From positions 13,465 through 77,464 of the forward strand of contig VYFT01000026.1 of NCBI GenBank assembly GCA_009842245.1: DNA of 64,000 nucleotides, in the 5' to 3' direction. Position numbers and translations under genes: made by a program. Below, in pieces: positions 30,621-44,987 of the stretch; positions within the stretch are counted from its first letter, which is position 1; each line of letters opens with the position of its first letter. The notes under the pieces were generated by a model. It searched no databases. It was given only the letters and a program-made list of their open reading frames with translations, and was not told the DNA's origin. Source of the stretch: Gammaproteobacteria bacterium. GTDB lineage: Bacteria; Pseudomonadota; Gammaproteobacteria; Pseudomonadales; Azotimanducaceae.

Positions 30621-32711
30621 TCAGCGCGCTTTAATCGCATCTGCAACACTCTCCGGAACTTCCTCATATCGATCAAATTCCATGGTAAAGGTAGCTCTAC
30701 CTTGAGTAGTTGATCGAAGGTCGGTCGCGTAACCGAACATTTCCCCAAGCGGAATTGAAGCCTTGACAATTTTACCCGCAGGATTCTCGTCCATACCATC
30801 AATAACGCCTCGACGACGATTGAGATCACCAACGACATCGCCGAGAAAATCATGAGGAGTTACTACTTCGACGGCCATAATGGGTTCCAATAACACTGGA
30901 TCAGCACGTTGCGCACCTTCTCGAACCGCCGCGGCACCCGCAATTTTAAATGCTATTTCACTGGAATCCACTTCGTGAAACGACCCATCGTACAAAGTAG
31001 CGCGTATATTAATCAATGGAAATCCGGCGACTACACCATTAGTCATCTGTTCTTTAATACCTTTATCAACCGCTGGAATGTATTCTCGGGGAATTGCACC
31101 ACCGACAATCTGATTCTCAAACTCGTAGGTTTCAACGCTATCTTCCATCGGTTCCAACCGCACTAAGACGTGGGCAAATTGGCCGCGACCGCCGGTCTGA
31201 CGTACGTGCCGAGCTTCCGCTTCCACTGGTTTTCGGATCGTTTCTCGATACGCCACTTGAGGCTTTCCAATATTAGCGTCAACTTTGAACTCGCGTTTCA
31301 TACGATCAATGATGATGTCGAGATGTAATTCTCCCATTCCCGCAATGATGGTCTGACCTGATTCCTCGTCGGCTGATACCTTAAATGAAGGATCTTCTTG
31401 CGCGAGCTTGCTCAACGCTATCGACATCTTGTCTTGGTCTGCAACGGACCGAGGTTCTACCGCAACGTGAATGACCGGTTCAGGGAACATCATTCGTTCA
31501 AGCATCACCACTGAATCTTCAGTGCAGAGTGTATCTCCAGTGGTTACGTCCTTCAGACCAATTGCAGCCGCGATATCGCCCGCGCGGACTTCAGAAATTT
31601 CTTTACGACTGTTCGCATGCATTTGTACCATGCGACCAATTCTTTCACGGCGAGAACGAGTCGCGTTGTAGATACGGTCCCCCGTTGAGAGTACGCCAGA
31701 GTACACTCGAAAGAACGTTAGTGTACCGACATACGGGTCCGTTGCGATCTTAAACGCGAGTGCGGCGAAAGGTTCATCGTCGTCTGAATGTCGTGAAATC
31801 GCTGAACCGTCGGTAGCCACCCCTTCGATAGCCTTTACCTCGTTCGGTGCGGGTAGATATTGAATAACTGCGTCAAGCATAGGTTGGATACCCTTGTTCT
31901 TGAAGGCCGTACCGCAAATAGCTGGGACGATTTCATTAGCAAGGGTGCGCGTACGAAGCCCGCGCCGAATTTCAGCCTCGCTGATCTCCTTTCCCTCCAG
32001 GAAACGTTCAGTCAGTTCATCGTCCGATTCGACTGCTGTCTCGATTAACTTTTCTCGGAAAGTCGTTGCTCGATCTACTAGTTCGGCTGGAATTTCTTCG
32101 ACCCGAGTATTCAGACCCAAGTCGCCGGTTTCCCAGTAATACGCTTTCATCGAGAGCAAATCGACCACACCACTGAAGTTTTCTTCTTCACCGATCGCGA
32201 TTTGCAGCATCACCGGGGTTGCGCCTAGCCGAGTCTGTATTTGTTCGACTACTCGTTCAAAATTTGAGCCCGCTCGATCCATCTTATTAACAAATACGAT
32301 TCGTGGGACCTCGTATCGATCAGCTTGTCGCCAGACGGTTTCGGACTGTGGCTCTACACCGGCAGTTCCACAGAAAACGACCACAGCTCCATCTAATACT
32401 CGGAGACTCCGTTCGACCTCAATGGTAAAGTCAACGTGTCCTGGAGTATCGATGATGTTGATTCGATGGTCTTCAAACTGCTCGTGCATTCCGTTCCAAA
32501 AACAAGTCGTCGCAGCAGATGTAATCGTGATCCCGCGTTCTTGTTCTTGCGCCATCCAATCCATGACAGCCGCTCCATCATGAACTTCACCGAGTTTGTG
32601 CGATATCCCCGTGTAAAACAGCACGCGTTCAGTAGTCGTAGTCTTACCCGCGTCAACATGGGCGACTATACCAATATTTCTGTAGCGACCCAAAGGTGTG
32701 CTACGGGTCAT
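30621..32711 (-). CDS. fusA: elongation factor G
   Basis: [23 protein letters not shown] and NKMD motifs; 696 aa. Confidence 0.97.
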   Translation of the reverse strand: MTRSTPLGRYRNIGIVAHVDAGKTTTTERVLFYTGISHKLGEVHDGAAVMDWMAQEQERGITITSAATTCFWNGMHEQFEDHRINIIDTPGHVDFTIEVERSLRVLDGAVVVFCGTAGVEPQSETVWRQADRYEVPRIVFVNKMDRAGSNFERVVEQIQTRLGATPVMLQIAIGEEENFSGVVDLLSMKAYYWETGDLGLNTRVEEIPAELVDRATTFREKLIETAVESDDELTERFLEGKEISEAEIRRGLRTRTLANEIVPAICGTAFKNKGIQPMLDAVIQYLPAPNEVKAIEGVATDGSAISRHSDDDEPFAALAFKIATDPYVGTLTFFRVYSGVLSTGDRIYNATRSRRERIGRMVQMHANSRKEISEVRAGDIAAAIGLKDVTTGDTLCTEDSVVMLERMMFPEPVIHVAVEPRSVADQDKMSIALSKLAQEDPSFKVSADEESGQTIIAGMGELHLDIIIDRMKREFKVDANIGKPQVAYRETIRKPVEAEARHVRQTGGRGQFAHVLVRLEPMEDSVETYEFENQIVGGAIPREYIPAVDKGIKEQMTNGVVAGFPLINIRATLYDGSFHEVDSSEIAFKIAGAAAVREGAQRADPVLLEPIMAVEVVTPHDFLGDVVGDLNRRRGVIDGMDENPAGKIVKASIPLGEMFGYATDLRSTTQGRATFTMEFDRYEEVPESVADAIKAR

Positions 32712-32772
32712 GCAATTACTCCGAGAGCTTTAACTAAGAATTTGTTAAATGGAATTCGTATCGATACGGTGA

Positions 32773-33243
32773 TTAGTATCGATAGTGTGCAAACGCACGG
32801 TTTGCTTCGGCTTGACGGTGCGTGTCGGTACGTTTTTTCACAGCTCCACCGCGGCCGTTTGCGGCATCAATCAGTTCACTCGCAAGGCGGGAAGCCATCG
32901 TCTTTTCGTTGCGACCCCGAGCACTGTCTACGAGCCACCGCATCGCGAGTGCCACACGTCGTGAAGGTCGTACTTCGATGGGCACCGGTAGAGTGGAACC
33001 TCCCACGCGCCGCGACTTAACCTCAGTGATAGGGGCTACTTCCTCGAGTGCTTTCTCGAAAATTTCAAGTGGATCCGAATCTTCGCGTTTTTGGACTAGG
33101 TCCAAAGCACCGTATACGATTCTTTCGGCTACGGCTTTTTTTCCACTGACCATGACGTGATTGATAAACTTCGCCACAGTCTCATTGTGATACTTTGGAT
33201 CGGGGAGAATAACCCGCTTTTCGCTTACCCTTCGACGCGACAT
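32773..33243 (-). CDS. rpsG: 30S ribosomal protein S7
   Basis: [18 protein letters not shown]... Confidence 0.96.
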   Translation of the reverse strand: MSRRRVSEKRVILPDPKYHNETVAKFINHVMVSGKKAVAERIVYGALDLVQKREDSDPLEIFEKALEEVAPITEVKSRRVGGSTLPVPIEVRPSRRVALAMRWLVDSARGRNEKTMASRLASELIDAANGRGGAVKKRTDTHRQAEANRAFAHYRY

Positions 33244-33262
33244 TAGTTATCGTACTCCTTGC

Positions 33263-33640
33263 CTAAATCTGACTTGGCCGCTTCGCGCCATACTTGGATC
33301 GTCCTTGGCGTCGATCGTCCACTCCGGTTGCGTCCAATGTGCCACGAATCGTGTGATATCGCACGCCGGGCAGGTCTTTAACTCGACCACCTCGAATTAG
33401 TACCGTACTGTGTTCTTGTAATGTATGACCTTCGCCTGGAATGTAAGAATTCACTTCGTATCCATTTACCAAACGGACTCGGCAAACTTTTCGCATCGCT
33501 GAGTTCGGCTTACGTGGAGTCGTCGTGTATACACGAATGCACACCCCGCGTTTTTGCGGATTCGACTCCAGCGCTAGCGACTGGCTCTTCTTCACGCGTC
33601 GTTTTCGTGGTTTGCGAACCAACTGACTAATGGTCGCCAA
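33263..33640 (-). CDS. rpsL: 30S ribosomal protein S12
   Basis: [13 protein letters not shown]...[12 protein letters not shown]. Confidence 0.96.
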   Translation of the reverse strand: MATISQLVRKPRKRRVKKSQSLALESNPQKRGVCIRVYTTTPRKPNSAMRKVCRVRLVNGYEVNSYIPGEGHTLQEHSTVLIRGGRVKDLPGVRYHTIRGTLDATGVDDRRQGRSKYGAKRPSQI

Positions 33641-33741
33641 GTTTACATTTCCTCCGGTATTCGGTTATAGGTCTCTACCAATCAATGCACAGTGTGCATA
33701 CGAGCACGGTATTTTAGAGATTCTGAACAATTTGCGACGCT

Positions 33742-36700
33742 TCATTCCGAAGACTCTTCAGTGGTATCTTGTTCGGCAAGCATTTCGGCAAGCGACCGTT
33801 CAATCTCCTCAACCGAATCTTTCCGCATCCTACCCTCTTGAATAATTACTTCTTCGCGACGGCGTTGTTTGCGTCGACGGTGATACTCTAAGCCGGTACC
33901 AGCGGGAATCAATCGTCCAACAACAACATTCTCTTTGAGGCCACGTAGCCGATCAACCTTTCCAGTAACCGAAGCTTCGGTTAACACCCTGGTTGTCTCT
34001 TGGAAAGAAGCCGCAGATATGAAGGAATCCGTAGCGAGTGATCCACGAGTAATACCTAACAACACACGTCGGTACTCGGGTATTTGCTTCCCTTCGGCTT
34101 GCAGGTTTTCTAGTTCTTCTCGTAGCTCCGAGAAATCGACCTGCTCACCTCGGACAAAACGAGATTCACCACTACTATCAATCTCCACTTTACGCAGCAT
34201 TTGCCGGACTATGACTTCAATGTGCTTGTCGTTTATCGGCACGCCCTGCAATCGGTACACGTCTTGAATACCACTAATAATGTATTCCGATAGTTCAGCG
34301 ACGCCACGCAAACGCAGTATATCGTGCGGGTCAACCGCGCCATCACAGATAATTTCACCCTGTTGAACGTGCTCACCGGCGAAGACAGAAATGTTCCTAG
34401 TCTTCGGGATCAATGTTTCAACGGGTTCCACTTCTTCCGGTGAGTCCGTGCTATCAGGCGTTATGGTCAACCGGATCTTCGTGAGTGTTTCACGACCGAA
34501 GCTGACAACCCCAGTCGCTTCCGCCATAACCGCACTCTCCTTTGGTTTGCGAGCCTCGAACAGTTCAATGACTCTCGGTAGACCACCGACGATGTCAATG
34601 GTCTTTGAACTTTCTTGCGGTGCTTTTGCAATCACCGCCCCGATATGAACCTTTTCGCCCGCTGTAACGAGTACGTTTGCACCAGCGGGTAAGCTGTAGT
34701 TGACCAGTACTTCTTCATCGGCGTGGATCTTCTTCCCTCGACGCGCTGGTCGGTAGAGTTGAATCCCTGGACGGAGACCCATTCCCACTTCTGGTCGTTC
34801 GGAATCAGGAATGACGCTAAGTATGGTCAAACCCGTCTCTTCATCGGTTTGGGTACGAACGGAGCGTCCTTCTTCCATGTCGACGAAGTGTACGATCCCT
34901 TCTTGCTCAGAAATGATCAAGTGGTAGTGTGGATCCCACTTAGCAACAAACTGTCCAGCAATGACGTTGTCACCTTCTTCTGCCGCCAAGGTAGCACCAT
35001 AGGGAACAGAATATCGTTCACGTTCTCGACCTCGTTCGTCGAAGATCATGATCTTTCCAGAACGTGAAACTACCACCAGATTACCATCTGGATTACGAAC
35101 GGTGTTGATATTTTGGAATCGCAACAGTCCACCGTGCTCTACTTGAACACTATCCTCTGCCGTAGCACGGGAAGCAGCACCTCCAATGTGGAAAGTACGT
35201 AGCGTCAATTGTGTACCCGGCTCGCCAATGGATTGTGCCGCGATTACGCCGACCGCTTCACCAACATTGACAAGATGGCCACGGGCTAAATCTCGTCCAT
35301 AACAGCGCGCACAGAGACCAAATTTGGTGGCACAGGTAATGGGTGAGCGTACGTAGATTTCATCAAAACCCATGTCTTCAACACGTTGAACCCAATCCTC
35401 GTCGATCATGGTTCCGACCGCAATTGCCTCTTCGCCGGTGTGAGTGTCAAGGACTGGTTTTGCAACGATTCGTCCCAAAACACGCTCGGAGAGTGCTTCG
35501 ACGACTTCGCCACCTTCAATCTTTGCAGTAATTCGCAATCCATCCGACGTGCCACAATCTTGTTCCGTGATCACTAAATCTTGCGCGACGTCAACTAATC
35601 GCCGGGTCAAATATCCTGCGTTTGCAGTCTTGAGCGCGGTGTCAGCCAAGCCTTTTCGGGAACCATGCGTCGAAATAAAGTATTCGTTTACAGACAAGCC
35701 TTCCCGGAAATTGGAAACGATCGGTGTTTCGATAATCGTTCCGTCCGGTCGAGCCATCAGTCCGCGCATCCCCGCCAATTGTCTTATCTGGGCTGGAGAG
35801 CCTCGCGCCTTTGAATCGGCATAGATGAAAATGGAGTTGAATGATTCTTGCTCCTCCAATTCGCCCTCCCGATTGGGAACCTTCTCTTTGGAGATACCGT
35901 CGAGCATTTTCGCAGCAATTTGATCACTTGCGCGCGTCCAAATGTCGACGGCTTTGTTGTACTTCTCCGTTGGCGACAACAAGTTGTCTTGAAATTGTCG
36001 CTCCAAATCCTCGATTTGTTCTCTAGCTGCGTTGACGATGCTCTCTTTCGCATCTGGAACCACCAAATCTCCTACACCTATGGAGCAACCAGCGTACGTC
36101 GAGTACTTGAATCCGGCGTACATTAGTTGATCCGCGAATACGACAGTTTCTTTCAAACCAACGCGGCGATAGCAGATGTCAACCAAGTCAGAGATTTCAC
36201 CGCGCTTCAGCACTCGGTTCACGTGCTTAAAGCTCAGACCAGCCGGTAGGATATCTGCCAGCAATGATCGACCCACTGTGGTGTCGACAATGTGAGTATG
36301 CATTTCTCCACCAGTTTGCTCTTCAGTGAGGCGAACTTTTACCTTTGCGTGGAGGTCGACCTGTTCGTTGTAGTACGCGCGCTCCACTTCTTGGGTGTCC
36401 GAGAAGATCATGCCTTCGCCCTTACCGTTAATGCGATCCCGCGTTAGGTAATACAAACCTAGAACGACATCTTGGTTTGGTACGATGATAGGCTCACCGC
36501 TAGCAGGCGACAAGATATTGTTTGTCGACATCATGAGTGCTCGCGACTCCAGCTGTGCTTCGATCGTTAGCGGTACATGGACGGCCATTTGGTCCCCATC
36601 GAAGTCGGCATTAAATGCGACACAAACTAAGGGGTGCAACTGAATCGCTTTACCTTCAATGAGTTTAGGTTCAAATGCTTGAATACCCAATCGATGGAGA

Positions 36701-37986
36701 GTCGGCGCCCGATTGAGTAACACTGGGTGTTCTCGAATAACATCTGCGAGGACATCCCACACCTGTGCGCGTTCTTCCTCGATTAATGATTTCGCTTGTT
36801 TGATACTGTCGGCCAGCTCGCGACGTTGCAATTCGCCCAGAACAAATGGTCGGAACAGCTCCAAAGCCATTTTCTTCGGTAACCCGCATTCATGAAGTTT
36901 GAGTTCTGGACCGACAACGATCACCGAACGACCCGAAAAATCAACGCGTTTTCCTAGTAGGTTTTGGCGAAATCTTCCTTGTTTACCCTTTATCATGTCT
37001 GACAAAGACTTCAATTGTCGTTTGTTGGTACCCAAGATCGCACGGCCACGGCGACCGTTGTCGAGTAGAGCGTCGACGGCTTCTTGCAACATTCTTTTTT
37101 CATTGCGAATGATGATTTCTGGCGCACTAAGTTCAAGCAATTTCTCGAGCCGGTTATTTCTATTGATTACACGCCGATAGAGATCTTTGATATCTGAAGT
37201 AGCAAAACGACCACCTTCCATCGGAACCAGTGGTCGTAAGTCGGGCGGTAACACCGGCAATGTTCGCAAGATCATCCAACCGGGTTTGTTACCCGAATTC
37301 ATGAACGCTTCGACCAGTTTGAGCCGTTTGGACAACTTCTTGATCTTTGCTTCCGAGGTCGTACTGTCGATCTCTTCTCTCAGTTCCGCAGCCTTTTGTT
37401 TTAAGTCGATACTATCGAGCAGCTCAAGAATTCCTTCCGCACCCATCTTGGCGATGAATTCTTCGTTGCCGTACCGCTCGACAGCTTCTTCATGCTCTTC
37501 CTCGGTAAGCAACATGCCGGGCTGAAGATCGGTCATCAAAGGATCAATCACGATGTATGAGTCGAAGTGAAGTACCCGCTCAATTTCACGCAATGTAATG
37601 TCCAGCATCAGTCCAATACGTGAGGGCAGCGACTTTAAGAACCAAATGTGGGCGACTGGAGCTGCAAGTTCAATATGTCCCATGCGTTCACGTCGCACTT
37701 TCTTTGTAGTGACCTCGACTCCACACTTTTCGCAAATCACACCACGGTGTTTCATGCGTTTGTACTTCCCGCACAGACACTCGTTGTCCTTCATTGGACC
37801 GAAAATCTTGGCGCAGAATAGACCATCGCGTTCGGGTTTTAAGGTCCGATAATTGATAGTCTCAGGTTTTCGAACCTCGCCAAAAGACCAAGCCCGAATG
37901 AGATCAGGGGAAGCTAACGCAATCTTGACGGAGTCAAATTCATCGACCGATTGTGTTCTTCTAGGGGGACTAAAAAAATCTACCAA
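33742..37986 (-). CDS. rpoC: DNA-directed RNA polymerase subunit beta'
   Basis: 1414 aa with the catalytic motif [12 protein letters not shown] and zinc-binding [20 protein letters not shown]. Confidence 0.97.
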   Translation of the reverse strand: MVDFFSPPRRTQSVDEFDSVKIALASPDLIRAWSFGEVRKPETINYRTLKPERDGLFCAKIFGPMKDNECLCGKYKRMKHRGVICEKCGVEVTTKKVRRERMGHIELAAPVAHIWFLKSLPSRIGLMLDITLREIERVLHFDSYIVIDPLMTDLQPGMLLTEEEHEEAVERYGNEEFIAKMGAEGILELLDSIDLKQKAAELREEIDSTTSEAKIKKLSKRLKLVEAFMNSGNKPGWMILRTLPVLPPDLRPLVPMEGGRFATSDIKDLYRRVINRNNRLEKLLELSAPEIIIRNEKRMLQEAVDALLDNGRRGRAILGTNKRQLKSLSDMIKGKQGRFRQNLLGKRVDFSGRSVIVVGPELKLHECGLPKKMALELFRPFVLGELQRRELADSIKQAKSLIEEERAQVWDVLADVIREHPVLLNRAPTLHRLGIQAFEPKLIEGKAIQLHPLVCVAFNADFDGDQMAVHVPLTIEAQLESRALMMSTNNILSPASGEPIIVPNQDVVLGLYYLTRDRINGKGEGMIFSDTQEVERAYYNEQVDLHAKVKVRLTEEQTGGEMHTHIVDTTVGRSLLADILPAGLSFKHVNRVLKRGEISDLVDICYRRVGLKETVVFADQLMYAGFKYSTYAGCSIGVGDLVVPDAKESIVNAAREQIEDLERQFQDNLLSPTEKYNKAVDIWTRASDQIAAKMLDGISKEKVPNREGELEEQESFNSIFIYADSKARGSPAQIRQLAGMRGLMARPDGTIIETPIVSNFREGLSVNEYFISTHGSRKGLADTALKTANAGYLTRRLVDVAQDLVITEQDCGTSDGLRITAKIEGGEVVEALSERVLGRIVAKPVLDTHTGEEAIAVGTMIDEDWVQRVEDMGFDEIYVRSPITCATKFGLCARCYGRDLARGHLVNVGEAVGVIAAQSIGEPGTQLTLRTFHIGGAASRATAEDSVQVEHGGLLRFQNINTVRNPDGNLVVVSRSGKIMIFDERGRERERYSVPYGATLAAEEGDNVIAGQFVAKWDPHYHLIISEQEGIVHFVDMEEGRSVRTQTDEETGLTILSVIPDSERPEVGMGLRPGIQLYRPARRGKKIHADEEVLVNYSLPAGANVLVTAGEKVHIGAVIAKAPQESSKTIDIVGGLPRVIELFEARKPKESAVMAEATGVVSFGRETLTKIRLTITPDSTDSPEEVEPVETLIPKTRNISVFAGEHVQQGEIICDGAVDPHDILRLRGVAELSEYIISGIQDVYRLQGVPINDKHIEVIVRQMLRKVEIDSSGESRFVRGEQVDFSELREELENLQAEGKQIPEYRRVLLGITRGSLATDSFISAASFQETTRVLTEASVTGKVDRLRGLKENVVVGRLIPAGTGLEYHRRRKQRRREEVIIQEGRMRKDSVEEIERSLAEMLAEQDTTEESSE

Positions 37987-37997
37987 TGTGAGTCTCC

Positions 37998-40900
37998 TTA
38001 TTCCGTTTGCAGTGCTAAGTCGATAGCGAGCGATTTCACTTCGCGTGCTAACACGTTGAATGACTCCGGCATACCAGGTTCAATTCGGAAATCGCCATCG
38101 ATAATGTTCTTGAATATCTTGCCGCGACCTTCGACATCGTCTGACTTGACCGTCAATATTTCTTGGAGCGTGTATGCCGCGCCGTACGCTTCGAGCGCCC
38201 ACACTTCCATTTCCCCGAAACGTTGACCACCTTGCTGAGCCTTACCGCCGAGTGGTTGTTGCGTTACTAACGCGTATGAACCAGTGGATCGAGCATGCAT
38301 CTTCTCATCGACTAAGTGATTGAGTTTCAGCATGTACATGTACCCCACGGTGATCGGACGGTCAAAGCGTCTGCCCGTCCGGCCATCGTACAAATACGTC
38401 TGTCCTGTTTCAGGTAATCCCGCAATATGAAGCAGAGTTTTGATGTCTCGCTCTCTCGCACCGTCAAACACCGGTGTCGCCACAGGAATACCCCTGCGGT
38501 AATCCTGTGCAAGAGCGACAATCTCGGCGTTCGACAATGTATCAAAATCAATCGGCTTACCGTCCATTTGATCATAAACCGAGTGCAAGAATTTGCGTAT
38601 CTCTTCCACCTTTGCTTGTTTCTGCAACAGGGCGTCTAGTTGGTCGCCGATACCCTTGACTGCCCAACCTAAGTGAGTTTCAAGCACCTGCCCGATGTTC
38701 ATCCGAGAGGGTACGCCAAGCGGATTCAAAACAATGTCTACTGGCTCGCCATTTTCGTCATATGGCATATCTTCGACCGGCATTACTACAGAAATTACGC
38801 CTTTGTTGCCGTGCCGGCCGGCCATTTTGTCACCCGGTTGAATGCGACGCTTGGTCGCCACATAGACTCGGACATATTTGATGACGCCAGGAGGTAACTC
38901 ATCCGGCCTTTCTAGTTTTTCTTTCTTCCGTTTAAACTCTTCGTCTCGCTGTTGTTGGCGTTGTTCCAACAATCGCATGGCTGCTTCGACTTGGCGATTA
39001 ACTTTATCGTCAGCAACTCGTAGCTTTCGCCATTCATTCAACTCTAAAGAGCGAAGATACGAAGTCGTCAATTTGCTGTTGGCGTCAAGCCCAGGTGCTT
39101 GTACACCGGTCGAACCGTTAACGGTTTGAATCAACTTTTCTAAGGTTGCCGTTTCAAAAATTCGATACTGATCGTTCAAGTCCTGTTCAATCGCAAGCAA
39201 TTCATCCTCATCGATCGCTCTCGCCCGTGCATCTTTGTGCATTCCGTCTCGAGTGAAGACTCGAACGTCGACTACTGTTCCTTGTACGTCAGACTTAACG
39301 CGAAGTGAAGTGTCTTTCACATCATGTGCTTTTTCACCGAAGATAGCACGAAGTAGTTTTTCTTCGGGTGTTAGTTGAGTTTCACCCTTAGGCGTAACTT
39401 TCCCAACCAATATGTCGCCTGTTTGGACTTCTGCGCCAATGTGGACAATTCCAGACTCATCGAGTTTATTGAGTGCAGAGGGACTGATGTTGGGAATGTC
39501 GGCAGTTATTTCCTCAGGTCCGATCTTGGTTTCAAGTGCTGAGCATTCCAACACCTTGATATGAACACTGGTAAACCGATCTTCGCGTACGATTCGCTCG
39601 GATATCAGGATCGAGTCTTCATAGTTGTATCCATTCCATACCATGAAAGCGATCCGCATGTTTTGTCCAAGTGCGAGCTCGCCTGCGTCGATAGCTGGAC
39701 CATCCGCTAAAACATCACCCGTTTGGATTCGATCCTTGGGTTTCACGATCGGTCGTTGATTGATGCAGGTGTCCTGGTTAGAGCGAGTGAACTTCATCAA
39801 GTTGTAAATGTCGATGCCGCCGTCGTTCGGATCAGTACGGCTCGTTGAGGTCGCCCGTACTACAATGCGACGAGCGTCGACCAGCTCCACAACCCCAGAG
39901 CGCTTCGCGTAAATGCATGCGCCAGAATCCCGTGCTAGTTGCCGTTCCACGCCAGTACCTACCAATGGAGCTTCTGTTCGAATAGTCGGTACCGCTTGAC
40001 GTTGCATGTTCGAACCCATCAGTCCTCGATTGGCTTCATCGTGTTCTAAGAATGGGATCAGTGCCGCCGAAATCGACACAATCTGCTTGGGGGACACGTC
40101 CATGTATTCCACATCTTGCGGTTGCGCTTTAATGAACTCATTGTCGTAACGTACATCGACGTATTCATCGACGAATTGACCTTGTTTGTCAACCTGAGAG
40201 CTTGCCTGCGCAATTCGATATTCACTCTCGTCAATCGCGGAGAGGTACTCGATGGATTTAGTAACTTTACCGTTTTTTACCTTACGATATGGAGTCTCAA
40301 TAAATCCGTAGTCGTTAATTTTGGCATAGGTCGCGATTGAATTAATCAGACCAATTGTGGGACCTTCGGGGGTTTCGATTGGACAAACCCGGCCGTAATG
40401 AGTGGGGTGTACATCACGTACTTCAAAGCCCGCGTGCTCCCGAGTCAATCCACCCGGACCTAACGCTGATACGCGTCGTTTGTTCGTGACCTCCGACAGT
40501 GGATTGTTGTGATCCATGATCTGCGAAAGTTGGTGGGAACCAAAGAACTCGCGTATTGCCGCAGCAATCGGTTTTGGATTGATGATGTCTTGAGGCATCA
40601 ATCCTTCGCTATCTGCAAGAGATAGTCTATCTTTCACAGCGCGTTCCACTCGCACTAATCCGACCCGAAACTGGTTTTCCGCCATTTCTCCAACGGAACG
40701 TACGCGACGATTACCTAAGTTATCAACATCGTCGACAAAACCACGTCCGTTCCGAACGTCAATCAGTGTTTTAAGTACTCGGATTACATCGTCCGTCGTG
40801 AGAAAGTGGCAGTCAGCATTCACGTCTGTTTGCAATCTCTTGTTGAACTTCATACGCCCAACTTTGGACATGTCGTAGCGTTCGTCTTCAAAGAACAGTT

Positions 40901-42101
40901 TGCGGAACAGTGAAATCGCGGCTTCCTCGGTCACTGGTTCACCCGGTCGCATCACACTGTATATCTCATACACGGAGCGGATCTTGCTGTCGGTTGGATC
41001 TTTTCGTAAGGTGTCCGAGATAAAAGATCCTTGATCCAAGTCATTGGTGTAAATCGTCTCAAGTTTCTTGACTCCACTCGAAACAATGCGGTCGATTATT
41101 TCTTCAGTCAATTGGGTATTGCAGAGAACAATGATCTCTCCCGTTTCTGGGTCTTCGATAGTCTTCGCGACCGTTTGATCCATCAGAAACTGGCGCGGAA
41201 CATCCATCTTTCTGATGTTGGAATTCCGCAGTTGTCGGACGTGGCGTTGGGTAATTAAGTCTCCCGCTTTTGCCAGAATCTGGTCATCAACAACGATATC
41301 GAAACTAGCTCTGGAACCAATAAGCCGATCAGGCTCACAATTCCATGAAATGAGACCACTCCGCCGAATCGTGTAATGGTTGAAGTCAAAGAATAGGCTC
41401 AGAATCTTCTCGTCAGAATATTCCACATCATCCACGTAGAAGAGGGCGCGCAAAAACTGAGTAACGGGTAGTTTCTTCCGCCGATCGATGCGCACGTACA
41501 AGTACTCCTTCTGTTCCTTGGACTCGTAGCCGAATTCAAAGTCGAGCCAGGATCCACGATACGGTATGACGCGGGCATGGTAAAGAAGTCGTCCTGATGC
41601 GTGACTCTTCCCCTTGTCATGACTAAACAACACTCCAGGCGAGCGGTGCAACTGGGATACCACTACGCGTTCTGTACCGTTAATAATGAAGCTACCACTT
41701 GGAGTCATTAACGGAATTTCACCAACAAATACTTCTTGGTCTGTCGCAGACTTAACTTTCCCAGTTTCGCGGCTATAGAGAATCAAGCGAACAGTCATAT
41801 GCATCGGTGCCGCATACGTCGCGCCTCGAGAGATGCAATCTTCTACATCAAAATGGGGCTCTTCCAGGCGATACGAAACGTAGTTTAAATATGCGGTTTG
41901 GGCATTGTTTTCCATCGGGAACACCGAACTGAAAGCACCGTGTAAACCGATTTCTTCGCGCTCTTCCGGCGCGATATCTTTTTGCAAAAATTTGGCGTAC
42001 GACTTAGTCTGAATTTCCAATAGATTCTGCAACTCTACTGGCACCGAAAGACGACTGAAGTCTTTACGTATACGCTTTTTTTCCGTGAAGGAATATGCCA
42101 T
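37998..42101 (-). CDS. rpoB: DNA-directed RNA polymerase subunit beta
   Basis: 1367 aa with [15 protein letters not shown] and the rif-region sequence [19 protein letters not shown]. Confidence 0.97.
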   Translation of the reverse strand: MAYSFTEKKRIRKDFSRLSVPVELQNLLEIQTKSYAKFLQKDIAPEEREEIGLHGAFSSVFPMENNAQTAYLNYVSYRLEEPHFDVEDCISRGATYAAPMHMTVRLILYSRETGKVKSATDQEVFVGEIPLMTPSGSFIINGTERVVVSQLHRSPGVLFSHDKGKSHASGRLLYHARVIPYRGSWLDFEFGYESKEQKEYLYVRIDRRKKLPVTQFLRALFYVDDVEYSDEKILSLFFDFNHYTIRRSGLISWNCEPDRLIGSRASFDIVVDDQILAKAGDLITQRHVRQLRNSNIRKMDVPRQFLMDQTVAKTIEDPETGEIIVLCNTQLTEEIIDRIVSSGVKKLETIYTNDLDQGSFISDTLRKDPTDSKIRSVYEIYSVMRPGEPVTEEAAISLFRKLFFEDERYDMSKVGRMKFNKRLQTDVNADCHFLTTDDVIRVLKTLIDVRNGRGFVDDVDNLGNRRVRSVGEMAENQFRVGLVRVERAVKDRLSLADSEGLMPQDIINPKPIAAAIREFFGSHQLSQIMDHNNPLSEVTNKRRVSALGPGGLTREHAGFEVRDVHPTHYGRVCPIETPEGPTIGLINSIATYAKINDYGFIETPYRKVKNGKVTKSIEYLSAIDESEYRIAQASSQVDKQGQFVDEYVDVRYDNEFIKAQPQDVEYMDVSPKQIVSISAALIPFLEHDEANRGLMGSNMQRQAVPTIRTEAPLVGTGVERQLARDSGACIYAKRSGVVELVDARRIVVRATSTSRTDPNDGGIDIYNLMKFTRSNQDTCINQRPIVKPKDRIQTGDVLADGPAIDAGELALGQNMRIAFMVWNGYNYEDSILISERIVREDRFTSVHIKVLECSALETKIGPEEITADIPNISPSALNKLDESGIVHIGAEVQTGDILVGKVTPKGETQLTPEEKLLRAIFGEKAHDVKDTSLRVKSDVQGTVVDVRVFTRDGMHKDARARAIDEDELLAIEQDLNDQYRIFETATLEKLIQTVNGSTGVQAPGLDANSKLTTSYLRSLELNEWRKLRVADDKVNRQVEAAMRLLEQRQQQRDEEFKRKKEKLERPDELPPGVIKYVRVYVATKRRIQPGDKMAGRHGNKGVISVVMPVEDMPYDENGEPVDIVLNPLGVPSRMNIGQVLETHLGWAVKGIGDQLDALLQKQAKVEEIRKFLHSVYDQMDGKPIDFDTLSNAEIVALAQDYRRGIPVATPVFDGARERDIKTLLHIAGLPETGQTYLYDGRTGRRFDRPITVGYMYMLKLNHLVDEKMHARSTGSYALVTQQPLGGKAQQGGQRFGEMEVWALEAYGAAYTLQEILTVKSDDVEGRGKIFKNIIDGDFRIEPGMPESFNVLAREVKSLAIDLALQTE

Positions 42102-42113
42102 TAATTGTTCCTC

Positions 42114-42145
42114 AGAAAAATGCGCAATCCGGCGATGGCCGGATT
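42114..42145 (-). terminator. rplL-rpoB intergenic attenuator hairpin
   Basis: On the minus strand, AATCCGGC-catc-GCCGGATT is followed by GCGCATTTTT. Its position matches the partial terminator known between rplL and rpoB in E. coli. Confidence 0.5.
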
Positions 42146-42213
42146 ACTGGCAAGAGAACGCGAGGTACGTTCTAGGTTCAGGGGTAAGGGATGAAGGTGT
42201 TTGACGACTATAT

Positions 42214-42597
42214 TTACTTGAGCTCAACCGTCGCGCCGGCGTCTTCAAGCTTCGTCTTGATTTCTTGTGCTTCGTCTTTGCTAACTTGTTCCTTCACAGT
42301 ACACGGTGCTTCATCTACTAACGTTTTAGCTTCTTTCAGCCCGAGTCCGGTGACTTCGCGGATGACCTTGATCAATGCGACTCGTTTTTCTGGAGTCGCT
42401 ACGAGTTTCACATCGAACTCAGTTTGTTCATCTGCTTCTGCTGTACCGCTATCGTCCGTAGCTGCTACGGGGGCAGCTGCTACCGCCGCGGCTGCGGTAA
42501 CACCGAATTTTTCTTCCATCGCGCTGACAAGCTCGACGACTTCCATCACCGACATGTCAGCAATTGCATCAAGTATTTCGTCTCTGCTAAGACTCAT
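42214..42597 (-). CDS. rplL: 50S ribosomal protein L7/L12
   Basis: Ala-rich hinge followed by [22 protein letters not shown]. Confidence 0.96.
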   Translation of the reverse strand: MSLSRDEILDAIADMSVMEVVELVSAMEEKFGVTAAAAVAAAPVAATDDSGTAEADEQTEFDVKLVATPEKRVALIKVIREVTGLGLKEAKTLVDEAPCTVKEQVSKDEAQEIKTKLEDAGATVELK

Positions 42598-42647
42598 ACG
42601 ATTGGTTCTCCTTGATTAATCGCAGTAGAAAAGTGGGGTAAATGGTG

Positions 42648-43178
42648 CTAGGCACCGGTTGATTTCTGTTCTCGAATGGCATCTATGGTTCGCACCAATT
42701 TGCTGGGAACTGCATGAAGTACTTGCGCTAATTTGGTGACCGGTCCAAGCATGACAGACATTAATTGGGAAAGTGCTTGCTCACGAGTCGGTAAGGAAGC
42801 AACTGCGTCCAATTGCTCACTGGAACAGAGTGTTCCAGCTACAGAGATTGCTTTGACTTCTAACTTTGTCCCTGTCTTTAACAAATCTTTAAACAGGCGC
42901 GCACCAGCCCCAGGGTCGGCCGGCGAAAACGCCAACAGTGTTGGACCTTCGATGCTCTCCACCAAACACTCGTGGTCCGTGTCTTTTAATGCTAGTCGCG
43001 CTAGTGTATTACGGACTACTTGAAGATGGACACCTTGCTCTCTAGCCTGTTTTCGCAAACTGGTTACTTCCTGAACGGACAGCCCTCGGTAATCTGCCAG
43101 TAATGTCGACACGGAGTTGACAGCGCTGTCTCGAGTGGTGGCGACGATCGCTTCTTTTTCATGGAAGGCTAAGGGCAT
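42648..43178 (-). CDS. rplJ: 50S ribosomal protein L10
   Basis: LLADYRGLSVQEVTSLRKQARE... in the canonical position. Confidence 0.95.
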   Translation of the reverse strand: MPLAFHEKEAIVATTRDSAVNSVSTLLADYRGLSVQEVTSLRKQAREQGVHLQVVRNTLARLALKDTDHECLVESIEGPTLLAFSPADPGAGARLFKDLLKTGTKLEVKAISVAGTLCSSEQLDAVASLPTREQALSQLMSVMLGPVTKLAQVLHAVPSKLVRTIDAIREQKSTGA

Positions 43179-43214
43179 CTAATTTCTCAATTCACTCTTT
43201 GTTTTCATTAAGGT

Positions 43215-43916
43215 CTACAGCCCAATCGACGTCTCTTCGAGCATCACACCTGGTCCCATCGTCGAGGATAGAGTTACTTTCTTGAAATAAGTTCCTTTCG
43301 CAGATGCTGGCCGTGAGCGTTTCAGGTCGTCAACTAGTGCGACGATATTGTCTTTCACTTGCTCAGGACTTTGACCAATCTGTCCGATACAGCCATGGAT
43401 CACGCCGCCGCGATCCGCACGAAACTGTACTTGTCCAGATTTCGCGTTTTTCACTGCTACTGACATATCGTTTGTAACGGTACCAGACTTGGCATTCGGC
43501 ATGAGTCCTCGCGGTCCCAAAATTCGACCCAATTGTCCGAGGAGTCGCATACTACTGGGTGTGGCGAGTACTACATCAAAATCGTAGTTCCCCTTCTTTA
43601 CACTCTCGACGAGATCTTCAGCTCCAACGACGTCGGCCCCAGCAGCTGTTGCGGCATCGGCTTGGTCGCCATCTGCAAACACCGCGACTTTGACAGTTTT
43701 GCCAATTCCATGAGGTAGTGTCGTTGCCCCGCGAACGAGTTGATCTGAGCGACGCGGATCAATACCGAGGTTGATTGCGATCTCCAAAGACTCTTTGAAC
43801 TTGGTTGACTGAGCAATCTCGTTCAAAATCTTCACGGCTTCATCTACAGGGTACCGTCGAGTGTGATCTACTTTTTCAGCGAAGAGTTTCTGTCTCTTTG
43901 ACAACTTACTCATCAC
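43215..43916 (-). CDS. rplA: 50S ribosomal protein L1
   Basis: SKLSKRQKL...[22 protein letters not shown]...PRGLMPN. Confidence 0.96.
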   Translation of the reverse strand: MMSKLSKRQKLFAEKVDHTRRYPVDEAVKILNEIAQSTKFKESLEIAINLGIDPRRSDQLVRGATTLPHGIGKTVKVAVFADGDQADAATAAGADVVGAEDLVESVKKGNYDFDVVLATPSSMRLLGQLGRILGPRGLMPNAKSGTVTNDMSVAVKNAKSGQVQFRADRGGVIHGCIGQIGQSPEQVKDNIVALVDDLKRSRPASAKGTYFKKVTLSSTMGPGVMLEETSIGL

Positions 43917-44344
43917 AGTCCCTCCACGTCGATACCTGCGCTGCGCGCGCTCCCCGCTAAAGTTCGTACGGCGGCGTCCAGGCTAGCTGATGTCAGGTCA
44001 GGTTCTTTGATCTTGGCGATCTCCTCTAATTGAGCACGCGTTACTTTGCCGACCTTTTCGGTATTAGGTGTACCGCTTCCTTTTTCTACTCCAGCCGCTT
44101 TTCTGATCAGGAAGGATGCAGGCGGGCTTTTTGTAACGTAAGTGAAACTACGATCTGTATAAACGGTGATGGTGCAAGGAATAGGAACACCCGGTTCCAT
44201 CTTTTGTGTGTGGGCATTGAACGACTTCGTAAACTCAACAATATTGATACCGTGTTGTCCTAGTGCAGGTCCAACTGGCGGCGCTGGAGTTGCTTGACCC
44301 GCCGGTACTTGTAGTTTGATGTATGTTTGAATCTTCTTTGCCAT
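43913..44344 (-). CDS. rplK: 50S ribosomal protein L11
   Basis: [24 protein letters not shown]. Confidence 0.96.
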   Translation of the reverse strand: MAKKIQTYIKLQVPAGQATPAPPVGPALGQHGINIVEFTKSFNAHTQKMEPGVPIPCTITVYTDRSFTYVTKSPPASFLIRKAAGVEKGSGTPNTEKVGKVTRAQLEEIAKIKEPDLTSASLDAAVRTLAGSARSAGIDVEGL

Positions 44345-44414
44345 AAGAGTTCACATATCTAACGTAGCCACGAGCGTGGGTAGCACGCGGCGAACCCTAT
44401 TAGAAACCTAGTGT

Positions 44415-44984
44415 TTATCCTTTCTCGACTTGAGAGAAATCCAGCTCAACCGGAGTTGAGCGCCCAAATATTGTTACCGATACTACAAGCCTACTCTTCT
44501 CGTAGTTTACTTCTTCAACGATACCGTTGAAATCCACGAATGGACCATCAATGATGCGTACAAGTTCCCCTACCCCAAACAAAGTCTTGGGGGTAGCTTG
44601 GTCGTTCCCCTGTTCTATTCTATCCAAAATGAAGTCAGCTTCAACATCTGAGATGGGAGTGGGCTTTCCAAACTTACCTCCGACAAAGCCTTTAATACGC
44701 GGTGTAGAGTTCACAATTTGCCACGTATCTTCGTTCATCATCATTTGCACGAGAATGTATCCCGGGAAGAACTTTCTCTCGCTCCGTCGCTTTTGTCCGG
44801 CGCGCATTTCCACAACTTCTTCACTTGGAACTAACACTTCACCAAAACAATCTTTGTGCTTTGAAAGTTCGATGCGTTCTCGCAAGACCTCAGCAACTTT
44901 TTTCTCATAACCAGAGTACGCATTGACCACGTACCAAGACTTGGTACGATCGCGAGCGTCTGTTGCCGTGTCTTGGTCTGCCAC
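44415..44984 (-). CDS. nusG: transcription termination/antitermination factor NusG
   Basis: [23 protein letters not shown] and a C-terminal KOW domain ([11 protein letters not shown]). Confidence 0.96.
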   Translation of the reverse strand: MADQDTATDARDRTKSWYVVNAYSGYEKKVAEVLRERIELSKHKDCFGEVLVPSEEVVEMRAGQKRRSERKFFPGYILVQMMMNEDTWQIVNSTPRIKGFVGGKFGKPTPISDVEADFILDRIEQGNDQATPKTLFGVGELVRIIDGPFVDFNGIVEEVNYEKSRLVVSVTIFGRSTPVELDFSQVEKG

Positions 44985-44987
44985 GTG